Shown piece by piece: positions 39,209 through 49,419 of a stretch of DNA of 64,000 nt. Each line of letters opens with the position of its first letter. Position 1 is the stretch's first letter. This stretch comes from Lepidodermella squamata (lineage: Eukaryota; Animalia; Gastrotricha): positions 2,976,001 through 3,040,000 of the forward strand of contig JBLDXI010000017.1 in assembly GCA_047495785.1 (NCBI GenBank), read 5' to 3'. The position numbers and the translations under genes were made by a program. The notes beneath the pieces are model-generated. The model was not told the origin of the DNA. It made no database searches and saw only the letters and a program-made list of their open reading frames with translations.

Positions 39209-39653
39209 TTAATAAAATGAATCAGGGCACTGGCGCCCAACACAGTTACAGGCATCCGTTTGGCAGCAGAATGAGCGAGCCCGCATGGCGTCGTTTGGAC
39301 GTGGCTGCCTATTGTTGCCATCGACCGACCCACCAGGGCAATCGTTGACTTGGGCACAATTTTGCATTACCCGTCCGTCTTGAATCGATAGCTAAAGATG
39401 AAGATTCAGCATTTAGAAATTTTGATGAAATCATAGCTATAATACACTTACCTTACAAAACGGAAAAGATGGGCAATCTTTGAGGCGCTGAAACTCACAG
39501 CCTTGCATGACGCTGTTGCAGCGATAACACATGATCGCATCTTAAAAAATTAAACCGTTCGAGCCGAGGATATTAAAATGAATTAAGCAAACCCAATGGA
39601 TGCGGGATCAAAGCCATCAGGACCAAACAGCAACAAAATAAATTCCAGTACAT
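39209..39653 (-). CDS. Secreted Ly6/uPAR (three-finger fold) protein, 3 exons; not in the ORF track
   Basis: Exons ~39653-39593, 39540-39452 and 39391-39209 splice to MYWNLFCCCLVLMALIPHPLDA-IMCYRCNSVMQGCEFQRLKDCPSFPFCK-LSIQDGRVMQNCAQVNDCPGGSVDGNNRQPRPNDAMRARSFCCQTDACNCVGRQCPDSFY*. Carries CYxC and CCxxDxCN, and a phase-1 intron after the signal exon. Confidence 0.88.
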
Positions 39654-39985
39654 TTTCTTGGAATGAACAAATAGCAGAAAATGATAAATCTGACTACTCA
39701 GATGAAAGTAAGCAGAAAACACCATGTGGCTGCAACATATTTATCAAAGGCGCGAACCATGTGACAATAGGCAATTTTTACGAAAACATGTCATTTTATT
39801 AAGAAACGTCAAGTACAGAAAAGCAACACAATATGAAGTTTTGTCTTTGGATACAGCTCGGCCTAAATAAGCCATGCAAGATTGATAACCATTCCAACGG
39901 GCAGCAATCGGTGGATGAGAAAATCTGAAAGAATACCAAAATGTATTGCGATTGGCAATAAATAATGAATGAAAAAGAATAGAAT

Positions 39986-40054
39986 TGATTTCAGAAACGG
40001 CGGAAGATGAAATCATTTCTATCATATACTCGGTAAGGGTTATCATCATAGATA
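39986..40054 (-). ncRNA. C/D snoRNA, SNORD87-like (28S AAACGGCGGGA)
   Basis: C ATGATGA (40049-43), D' ATGA, C' ATGATT, D guide TTCCGCCGTTT-CTGA (39994-91). Confidence 0.83.
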
Positions 40055-40213
40055 ACAGTTCAGGTCGCCGTTTAAACCATCCTCAAAATTACCTTAAACG
40101 ACGAATCATGTCCAAGTGATTTCGAAGATTCGCAGCGAACAACCCTTTAAAAAGGAAAATAAAATGAATTATGAACTGAAAATAAAATAATGCAATTTTT
40201 TGAGATAGTGAGC

Positions 40214-40284
40214 TTAAATCAGAATAGCCATTCTTATCAATTTCTAAAATCATTTGTCCCTAGCTATGTAAATCATCATATGAA
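40214..40284 (-). ncRNA. Double-guide C/D snoRNA (28S UGUCCCUA, SNORD53-like; 18S UGGCCGUUCUU, SNORD32-like)
   Basis: C ATGATGA (40279-73), D' guide TAGCTAGGGACA, D guide AAGAATGGCTA (two G-U pairs), D CTGA (40222-19). Confidence 0.78.
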
Positions 40285-40443
40285 CAGAGAGTAAATAAAA
40301 TACGCAAAACAAACGAACCTGGTGCGTTATTGAGATTGACTGCTAGGTGAATGATCGAAATCGAGACAGCCATAGAACTGAAAAAGAGAAGACGTATTAA
40401 CAGGGCTCAGAGGATTTCTAGCAGGTTTGAGTAGTGATTTGGA

Positions 40444-40509
40444 ATAAATCAGTTTAGCCAGTATAATCAAAAATTTTCATATGTCCCTGGCAGAGTTTCA
40501 TCATAATAA
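40444..40509 (-). ncRNA. C/D snoRNA, diverged paralog of 40214-40284
   Basis: C ATGATGA (40504-498), AGGGACA-t-ATGA, TTGAT, TGGCTA-aa-CTGA (40452-49). Confidence 0.75.
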
Positions 40510-40655
40510 GTTTACAAGGGGGATGCAATCGAAAGCTCACCTCTTCAAGAAGGCATTAACGAAGCCAGCATATCGTCGTTCAGCCAGTTCTGTAACATAA
40601 GGGAAAGTGTCAAAAAAGCCAAAACTAGCAATATGAGAGATTATCATTCTCTACT

Positions 40656-40733
40656 TAATGTCAGATAAATGCCTCGTACTTGAAATCACAACAATCATAT
40701 TTTGTAGCCAAACGTGTTTCTCATCATCCTTAA
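40656..40733 (-). ncRNA. C/D snoRNA, SNORD15 D-guide / snR13-like, copy b
   Basis: C ATGATGA (40727-21), D CTGA (40664-61); guide ACGAGGCATTT; paralog of 41381-41456. Confidence 0.87.
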
Positions 40734-40845
40734 TATATCAGCAAATAAGTAACAAACCAACCTTGAGCTGACGTAGGAAGGCTGGGCAGTCGCGATTATC
40801 GTTTCGAAATTGGAGTTGATCTGCAAGTGAAAATAACACTTGTAA

Positions 40846-40985
40846 TAATGTGACCTCCGAAGTCCCACCAAATCAGAAAATTGAACATTTCAACTTCGGT
40901 CCCTTTCAGATGCCGAATTTCTTTTGCATTTGAATGAGACACACGCGCCCGTTTCGGGCATCGCATGACACTTTGAATGCATTGT
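40846..40985 (-). ncRNA. Structured intronic RNA, H/ACA-like candidate
   Basis: Hairpin TGCATT...GCCC-GAAAC-GGGC...AATGCA, then AAAGAA (ANANNA), then hairpin GACCGAAGT...ACTTCGGAGGTC followed directly by ACA-TTA. Confidence 0.55.
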
Positions 40986-41162
40986 GGAAAATTATTCATG
41001 AAGAAAGACTAACCATTCAAACCAGCCACAGAATAAATCGCCAGCTCAAAGTTTTATTGCGGAAGGGTTGTTGACAATCGAGCGCCAGCGCCAATCCAGC
41101 ACCTGAAAAACCAATGAACTATTAACAAGAGATAAAAAAATACCACTCCAAGTGAAATAGAC

Positions 41163-41228
41163 TGTGTCAGTTTTAAAGGGTTAAAATCACAGTTTTCATT
41201 AGAGGTGTCAAGGTGATCATCATAAAAA
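41163..41228 (-). ncRNA. C/D snoRNA against 28S AGAGGUGUCA (snR48/SNORD60 region)
   Basis: C ATGATGA (41223-17), D' guide TGACACCTCT-a-ATGA, C' GTGATT, D CTGA (41170-67). Confidence 0.8.
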
Positions 41229-41380
41229 CTTCAAACTTTGAAAGCATCAGTTTTTTACTCACCAGGATTGAACACATGGATAATTCGTTGCTGACCGATC
41301 GATGGACGGGGATCTGCAGAGAAAAGAAAATGTTTAACCGATTGATTGATACAGTGTGACTGATTAAATTGCAACTTCGA

Positions 41381-41456
41381 ATTATTCAGGCGAATGCCTC
41401 GTACTTGAAATCATTCTTCTCATATTTGTAGCCAACGGTGTTGTCATCATCAATTA
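41381..41456 (-). ncRNA. C/D snoRNA, SNORD15 D-guide / snR13-like, copy a
   Basis: C ATGATGA (41450-44), D CTGA (41389-86). Guide ACGAGGCATT complements 28S AAUGCCUCGU. Confidence 0.85.
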
Positions 41457-41627
41457 TGATATCAAGGATAATAAGTGGGGAAACATACCGATTTATCGAA
41501 ACCCCATGCGATGAACGTTCAATTGCCATTGCGCAAGGCGTTGCATAGATAGTAGCGTGATCTGTGATTTAATAAAATCAAGAATTAGCGAATCATATAA
41601 GCAGAAAAATGGTTCTACCTATACAGT

Positions 41628-41697
41628 GATTTTCAGAAAATTTGATAGTTGGTATCATTAAATTCAAAGAATTCGCCATTATGATCATCATAATATC
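41628..41697 (-). ncRNA. C/D snoRNA, target not identified
   Basis: C ATGATGA (41691-85), D' TTGA, C' ATGATA, D CTGA (41636-33), terminal stem TGAT/ATCA; 71 nt from the 3' splice site. Confidence 0.75.
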
Positions 41698-41858
41698 ATA
41701 GTAACTCAAACATTACGGAAACTCACCTCGAATGGGTAGCTGCAGCAGGAGCTGCCGAATGTCGCTTCAGGTGAATCATAACTCACGACCTGAAGAACAA
41801 AAAATGAATAGTAATGCAAGCCATAACAATCAAGAAGATTAGCTATGATGAATGTTGA

Positions 41859-41925
41859 ACGTTCAGTAAAAAGTAAATAGAATCATAGAACTCTCATACT
41901 CGTCATCTAATATGCATCATTAGAA
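41859..41925 (-). ncRNA. C/D snoRNA, snR75 / U15 D'-guide-like
   Basis: C ATGATGC (41920-14), D' ATGA, D CTGA (41866-63). Guide ATTAGATGACGAG complements conserved 28S CUCGUCAUCUAAU. Confidence 0.85.
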
Positions 41926-42692
41926 CCTTATAAGCGAAATATGCGGAGAAATAGCGCTTACCTTGAATTAATACTGGATTTATCAACCGTCAAATCAAGG
42001 TCATCCTTGTAGATGAAACCAGAAGGAGAATTGCCTAATCAAGAGAGCTTGACAAGAACTGGTACTCATCTGGGGCTAACGCGGCGGTATTTGAAGGGAT
42101 TAAGTCCACGCCGTCGGGTTAGAGCATTATGCCGGCGTGGTTAGCAACACGTGTTTAACGGTGAAGATCATAGCAATATTATTAAAATTAATTGAATTCA
42201 TATATTATATAAATTTATTAAATACAACGATCAAATTTTACTAATTAGAAATGAATTTATTGCTGCATGTTTTGATGTGATTCCGCGCCAAAATCTGAGC
42301 CACAGCTTTGCTTGAAGCTTCACTGATGACTCGTTGGAGAAGTTTGGAAGCCTGGGAGTAAAGAAATGAGAGACATCGAGGCAGCTTGAATAAGCGGCAT
42401 TATCGATGATTTTAAGTGTTCGATCTGTATTTTCTACGGAAATGATAAGGCTTGGTGTAAGCATGAACTCTTCATTATCACAATGACTTATCCTTATCAG
42501 CAGAAACCTCATCATGAGGACTCGCTGAGGCGCGCCATATCGGTCATTGCGGCTGCAATTTTCACCTGACCGCATTATCCAATGCATGTGTCCCAATACA
42601 TTTCCTATTTAGAGCAGGTCCAGCAGTAGGTGATAAGCATTTCCCGGGGATCAAACCCCATCATTTTCGCTCTTGCAAAACAAAAACAAGCC

Positions 42693-44608
42693 ATGCTGTA
42701 TTCAAAAACGAAGGAATCGGCATCGATAGGACAGTCCGAGGAGACGGTTCAGCAAAGCTTGAAGAGACTATATTTGGAGCATCTAGTTAAGCTGGAAAAC
42801 GCGTACGAATTTCACCAATTCTATTCGCCTCGATTAGAGGAAGGCTATTTTGAGGCGAAACCTATGATTCTTCTTCTCGGGCAATACTCAACTGGAAAAT
42901 CGACTTTCATCCGATATCTATTGGGTGAAAAATACCCAGAAATGCGAATAGGAGAGGAACCAACGACAGAAAACTTTGTTGCTGTGATGCATGGTGATCA
43001 CGCTCGAACGATACCTGGGAATGCTCTGGCGAATGACGCTAAAACGCCCTTCACACCTTTACGGAAATTCGGCAATAGCTTCTTGAGCAGGTTTAACGCT
43101 GCGGTAATGCCCAACAAGCTCCTCCAAAAAGTGACTTTCATTGACACACCAGGTTTGCGTTCAGCGAATGTAAGAATTATCGACATTTACGTTATTTAAG
43201 GTACTTTTTACAGGCATTCTTTCGGGAGAAAAACAGCGAATTGACAGAGGCTACAATTTCACCGAAGTCTTAGAATGGTTTGCGGAGCATGTCGACATGA
43301 TTGTGCTTATGTTTGATGCTCATAAGCTAGACATAAGCGACGAGTTCAAGGCCGTCATTGAAGTGGCAAGGCGCTATAAGGAGAAAATTCGGATCGTATT
43401 GAACAAGGCCGACAAATTCCATCCACGGAAATTGCTACGGGTATTCGGTGCGCTTATGTGGTCGCTCGGTAAAGTAATAGCTACCCCTGAAGTCCCGCGT
43501 GTAAGCATTTTATTGTGAAAGAAGGAGCATTTAATTGCAGTGCATTATATTAGGTATATGTAGGCTCATTCTGGGACGAACAACGAGAACCAAACGAAAA
43601 TACTCGGCTTTTTGAGCAAGAGGAGGCTGATTTGCTGCAGGAGCTTCATGCCTTGCCAACTCACGCACCTCTTAGAAAAGTGAATGATTTCCTGAGACGA
43701 GCTGCTCTAGCGAAAGTGCATGCATTAATAATATCCGAATTGGAAAGCGAGATGCCTAGATTCTTCGGGAAGGACGAAGCCAAGAAAAAGCTCATAGCCA
43801 ACATTGCTGATGTCTACAAAAGAGTTCGAACCAAGTATCAAGTGCCTGATGGTGATTTTCCGGATATGCAACGAGTTCAGACTGTGCTGACCGAGAAAGA
43901 TTTTTCAAAATTGCCCCCTTATAAGGTATGGAGCGGTTGAACTAATAGCACATCAAATTGCGGTTAATTTTTATCAGGAGAAACTTATTAATGGTGTCGA
44001 TTCAGCTGTTAAAAAATATGTCCCTTTACTGTTAAATCGAGTTACCGATGAAATTGGCGCGGCTCATGCCGGGATTGCGTCGGAAGCCAAGTCTAAAAGT
44101 TTGTTCCCGGAAGAAATCAAATGGGCTTGAATTAAGCTGACTTTTTAGATGAAATATCGTCTTCGGTTTTTGCTGTTGGGGCTTTCGAAGGCTTCGATGC
44201 TGGACGTGACTCGTCCGAATGGATAATTGGCAAGCACCGGCAGAGGTACGACGCGATCTTCAAGGTTATTTTTGGTTTACATATCTTGCAAATATCTTAA
44301 AGTTTCATTTCTAGACTTTGAATCCGGATGAGGATGGCAAAATATCAATCGCAGTGGCATCTACTCAAATGAAGCAGTCCCGTTTATCAAATTTCATACT
44401 CAAGAAAATTTGGTATATGTCTGACCTAGATCGAGACGGAAAACTTGATGCTGATGAATGGGCGCTAGTCAGTTACATCCTTGAGCTAAAAATTGCCGGG
44501 TATGAGTTGCCGGCGGATCTACCTCAGCATTTGATACCTCCTTCAAAACGTAACCTTATAGCAGTCGTAACTCCTAAGCTGGAATACGCTGATGCTACGC
44601 CGAAATGA
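42693..44608 (+). CDS. EHD: EH domain-containing protein (EHD/Past1/RME-1 family), multi-exon
   Basis: KPMILLLGQYSTGKSTFIRYLL, IGEEPTT, IDTPGILSGEKQR, FDAHKLDISDEF, VLNKAD, C-terminal EH domain (KKIWYMSDLDRDGKLDADEW, LPQHLIPPSKR). Confidence 0.96.
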
Positions 44609-44911
44609 ACTTGGAAATGCACCTTGACGCTTTACTCAATTTTGAAACTTCAAACATTTTCTCGTTTTCATCTTTTTTTATTGACATTTTCCAACTCGTA
44701 AACATCATCTCTATCACAAGCATAACAAACGATTATTGTTCGCCGGGTAATATTGAAAGATACGCCATGATTTTGAACATTAGTGCATCAATAAAATTAT
44801 TTATAAAAATTGTTGAAATAATGGTTTTAAATGGTAAATAGTGATATATTTATTTCTAAAATAGCAAATTTAAGCTACTGGGTTAAGTTATACTGGCAGG
44901 ATTTATGAACT

Positions 44912-47012
44912 TCAGCGGATGTGTCTTGCCAAGTTTTGCTCTAGCCAATCGAGGACAGACGTAACCCGCGCATAAACACCGGGATACTTGTCGCTGTAAT
45001 TAAGAAATGGTCACAGGACTTCAATAGAGCAAGCATAAAACCGACCTGGCGCATGATTTTCCGAAGGAAGTGACTCCAACCAACGTATGATGGCCATTCT
45101 CCAACACTGTAAGCGGACCTCCACTATCACCTATAATTCCCAAGGCACAGTTTTAGTTCATCTCTGCAAAATTATGGGTGTTTTGATTACCTTGGCACGT
45201 ATCCTGTTTTGGCGCGCTGGCACATACCATTTCGCGAGTAATTTCCACCCCAGGGTCCAACCAGCTTTTCGACTTGTAGGCATCGATACACACACTCTGC
45301 GGTTGAACTTTGACCGAAGTCACTTTGAGGATGCTAGGAGTTTTACTGCTATCGACTCCAGTCCTACCCCACCCTGACGCATTAGCAATTTGCCCTTCAT
45401 AGGTGACGCTCCTTCTCATTGGCAGACAAACTGGTCGAATCGCTTGCGAGTAAGGAATGTCCCTGGCTGTAATCAACAGCGCGAAATCGTTTCGATTCTT
45501 CGCATCATCGTACGCTTCATGAACGACGATTTTCGAAATTTCTATCTGCTCCTCTCCTTCATCGACTTCGACGGTGCTGTGATCCCCAGCGTAAACACGA
45601 TAGAAAGAGACGCTCCTGTAATGAAATCTCTTTAAAAATTCCGTGAAATTTTGAAAATTCAAACTTTGTTCCAATGCAATGAGCGGCTGTTAGGATAGCT
45701 CTCTCTGAAAAAAACGAATAAGTAATTTAAACCTTATATTCACACGACAAAATTTACTGTTTATGATAGTGCCGCCGCATAGATAGCCGCGGATTAGTAG
45801 CCGAACCTGCCATGGCACTTGATTTTTCATGGCGAAATCACCGCCGATGATACGTTGACGGGGTTCCATATACTTGTTGATTCCGCAAGAAGGCTCCGAA
45901 AGATTGAACATTTCCTTTTGAGGCGTCGAGGGTGTACTCAACGCGGGAGCAGTGGGTTTAATGACTATAGGTCCAGGCTTAGATGTTGTCGCCGTTGGAA
46001 TGGCATTTAATTGGATTAAAATCCATGGAACTGCCGGGGCAACTCTTGTGAAAACTGCTGGCAATTTGACCTTGTTCCCGCAGCCATGGCCAACCGTACT
46101 AGCGATGCCGACCAGAAAATGCCGGCCATTCTTGTACTCGGTCAAAGGGCTACCAGGGTCGGCATTGCACGTCTCTCCGGTTCCGTTACCGAGGCAAATG
46201 GTGTCTGCGGCGGAAATGTGAACATTTCTTGGCTGGTACAATTTCCGGCACTCGTCCGGTGGTTTGACGAAATTAGGAGAAAATTCTTTCTGAAGGATAA
46301 CCTTTCGAACAGCACTACTGAGAGCCCAGCCAAACATGGACAACTGCGATGTCCTGTATTCGTTTGTTTCGCCGGCTGCTGGCAAGCAAATCGGTCTAAC
46401 AGCAACTCTGTCTAAAGGTATTGAGACTGAAAACAAACATTTTATTCGACGCTAGATTGATAGCCAAAGAAACTTACGAGATGTGAACATGATGGCAAGG
46501 TCGTTCTTCTTAGTTGAATTATCAAACTGAGGATGGACCACAAATCGATCGATCATTATCGACGTTTCTCCCTGGTCCATCTGCCCGAATGTGTGGTCAC
46601 CGACGACTACTACGTATTTCCGAATGTCTTCTAGACAACTTGCTGGCGCGAGAATAGCTCGCTCGCTTAGGATTGCCCCATCGCAGAACCAACGGTATGT
46701 TGTAGCATCGATGATTCTCGCCAACCAGGGTGCGTCATTAGGCCGCGCTGGCCCCGCATACTGCGGTTTGTGAGCCAGCGCCGCGTCTTTATCAGCGTAC
46801 TTGTTCATCCCACACAGAACATCACTTGGACGGAAAGCTTGGGCTTGTGTTGCAGCGACTATCGGTGCCCTAGTCGTAGTTGTCTTCCCGTAATTGTTCA
46901 ACCATCCCAGAAACGATGGTAGATCGAAATCGTCGTCGTCATTAGCCGCAAAAGCCAGGCCTTGGAAAACTACCAAGGCGTAATAGATAACGATAAAGCG
47001 AGGACTTTTCAT
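44912..47012 (-). CDS. Secreted tandem S1A protein: N-terminal inactive protease-homolog domain plus C-terminal active trypsin-like domain
   Basis: Domain 1: LAPASCL, NDLA, CNADPGSPL. Domain 2: R-IIGG, TAAHC, NDFALL, DTCQGDSGGPL, PGVYARV. Confidence 0.9.
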
Positions 47013-47281
47013 GACCCTCAAAAAGCGGAAATTTAGAATTGGAAAAAGCTGATGATGTATGACGCTAGCGTTATATAGACAATGGTCCACGCAGGTTCAT
47101 GAAACAAAAAAGCGGATGATTTATATGGAAAGGCATTTGCACGCACGAGTGACATGCAAATTCACTCGTATCATAGGTTCTAACTATTGAAAAAAATCCA
47201 TGAAACAGTGTTGTTGTTGTTTTATTCCGACGCCAATTATTTTACCAGTACCACGCAATGGAAAAGTTAGAACAAAAGTCA

Positions 47282-48553
47282 TCACTCTGCGTAATGCAGC
47301 GCTCCCAGGGAATGTTCTTGAATCCAACGAAGAGCAGTAGTCACTCGAGCGTAAACACCAGGAATCTTGTCTCTGAGTAATGAAAAAATGTCAATGAAGA
47401 GAAAAATTCGAAAATCGTAATATACTTGTTGTTGCATTCGAGTCCGAAAGAAGTTATCCCGATAAGAGTGTGCCGATTTCGGTGTAGCGCCGTCATGCTG
47501 CCTCCTGAATCGCCTGGGCATGTGTCGACATAACCGTCCCCACTGTCGAAGCCTGCACACAGCATTTGCGGCGTGATAGTCTTGATTCCTCGATAGCGAT
47601 TTCTGCAAACATCATGGTTCATGACCCGAACATTTCCAATCTGCAAAACGCGCGAAAAGCCGCTTTCCCTTGAATCAAATTGGCCCCATCCACTGATGAG
47701 CACTCCAAGGCCAGCTAGTTCGCCTTGGAAACTGTCAGCAGTAGGCATGCAAATCGGTCTGATTCTAACATCTTCTTCGTCTCTGCTGAGCGGAATTTCG
47801 CTGGCTGTAATCAGAAGCGCGAAGTCGTTCGACCAGGTATTGTTGTGATCGTAGTGCGGATGGCTGATAACCTTCGTTACTCCTATAGTTCTTTCGCCCT
47901 CATCAACGGTTCCCAAATTGTGGTCCGCTAAATATATTTTGTATTTTGCTGGATCTCTGCAGGAAAAAGATGTTGCAGCCTTGAGATAGTTGAGATGAGA
48001 AGAAGAAGTTACCTACCTCATATCAGCACAATGAGCCGCCGTAAGGATTGTTCGCGAGTTCAAAATGGTCCCGCCACATTGCTGGTCGCCGTTGATCAGT
48101 AGACGCACCTGCCAAGGAGCTTCGTTCAACTTGGCGGTTCGGCCGTTTGAAATTCGCATGCTGACAGCTCGCAATCCAGTTTCAGCTTCACGTTTTCGAA
48201 CGTTGTTCACCCTACCGTGGTACTTGTTAATTCCGCACATCGATTGCACAGCTTTCTTATTTTTGGCTTCGATCCATTCTGGTTTGACGGTACTTACAGT
48301 GAAGACTGGCGATGGCGTTGACTGCGATGATGACCTTCGAGTGATGCGATCTATCACGCCCTTCGCTTTTTTCCATTGATTTTTCATCCATTTGAAAACA
48401 CCTCCAACTTTTTCGCCAACATCAAACTCTCCAGCAACTACAACCAATGAAAAAATAATTATTGAGATCATCATCTTGAATTCTACCTGGTGTAACAGCG
48501 AGTGAATGAATGATAAGAATCAGGAATAATAAACTGAAGAACCTTAAATTCAT
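47282..48553 (-). CDS. Secreted trypsin-like serine protease (S1A)
   Basis: Signal [47 protein letters not shown]. Confidence 0.92.
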
Positions 48554-49419
48554 TTTATCAGTTAGTTGACTTAATTCGAATGTGGCAATTTTAAACAAAA
48601 AATCTGTTCCCACGGATTTGATTAACATATAGTTAAAAAGTGTTGCGCTCTTCCCAAAAGCACTCATCAATTAAACGCTAACGTGCATTTATTGTTTAGA
48701 AACACCGGTTTCGTGATTAAAAAACTTTTCAACCGCTTTCGACAAATGCCATACATAGCACTTCATACGGAAAATTGATATACTGCGATGCCTCGGGCCA
48801 ATTTATCTCACTTCGTATCAATCAATCGATGGCTCATCAGTCTGCAAAAAAAAACGAAGGAAAATCGCGGACAGATACCCTGTCGGTTCCTTCCGGTGTA
48901 ATATTTGTAAAGCAGTACCACTAATTTATCATAGTGTCCATCATGACAGCGTCCCTGTTAGACGTGGTAACGGAGATGAGACTAGTATAGTTTTATACCG
49001 AGCTAACCTTTACGGCGCCTTAGCTACATGATACAAGTGCGCATGTTTATACCTAAAAAGAAATCCCAAGCTCGCAACCCGCAAGTTTTAACCATATATG
49101 TATATTTTGTTTACGATTTTACAAAACCACGACATTTCACCTATTTTACTACCTTGTGCGGCGTGCGACGGCATGCTAAATAGCTGTGAATTCAGGTCTC
49201 ACCTAATGTCGACGTAGTAGAACGTCGCATTTTTAATACTGAGGCTCGATGCGTGAAGTTATAAATTGCAGGTTTGGATATACCAAGGAAAGTGTGAGGA
49301 GTTGATTTTTATTCTTAAGGAATATTACGTCCGATATTGGCGCAGTATATGGGACCTAGTTTTCTAAAAAGCGCCGTGGCCAGTGAATTTGCATTTTTAT
49401 TGCTGACCTAGTAACTCGC

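Larger units (their letters stand above)
39780..42090 (-). ncRNA. Non-coding snoRNA host gene (UHG/GAS5-like), ~10 short exons and 9 enlarged introns
   Basis: GT-AG introns 41790-41961, 41562-41726, 41314-41488, 41103-41262, 40821-41013, 40590-40761, 40378-40540, 40145-40318, 39925-40092. All three frames stop across exons 1-2. AATAAA at 39800-39795. The 5' end is approximate. Confidence 0.85.

Noticed and set aside
39690-39795. Possible tenth snoRNA (ATGACA...CTGA)
   Set aside because: Poor C box; lies after the host's AATAAA, in the likely promoter of the three-finger gene.
39596-39802. 68-aa plus-strand ORF, and ORFs 39046-39357 and 39744-40049
   Set aside because: Antisense or off-frame shadows of the three-finger gene and the snoRNA host.
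42231-42596. 121-aa minus-strand ORF between the host gene and EHD
   Set aside because: No recognisable motifs; cannot be supported without expression data.
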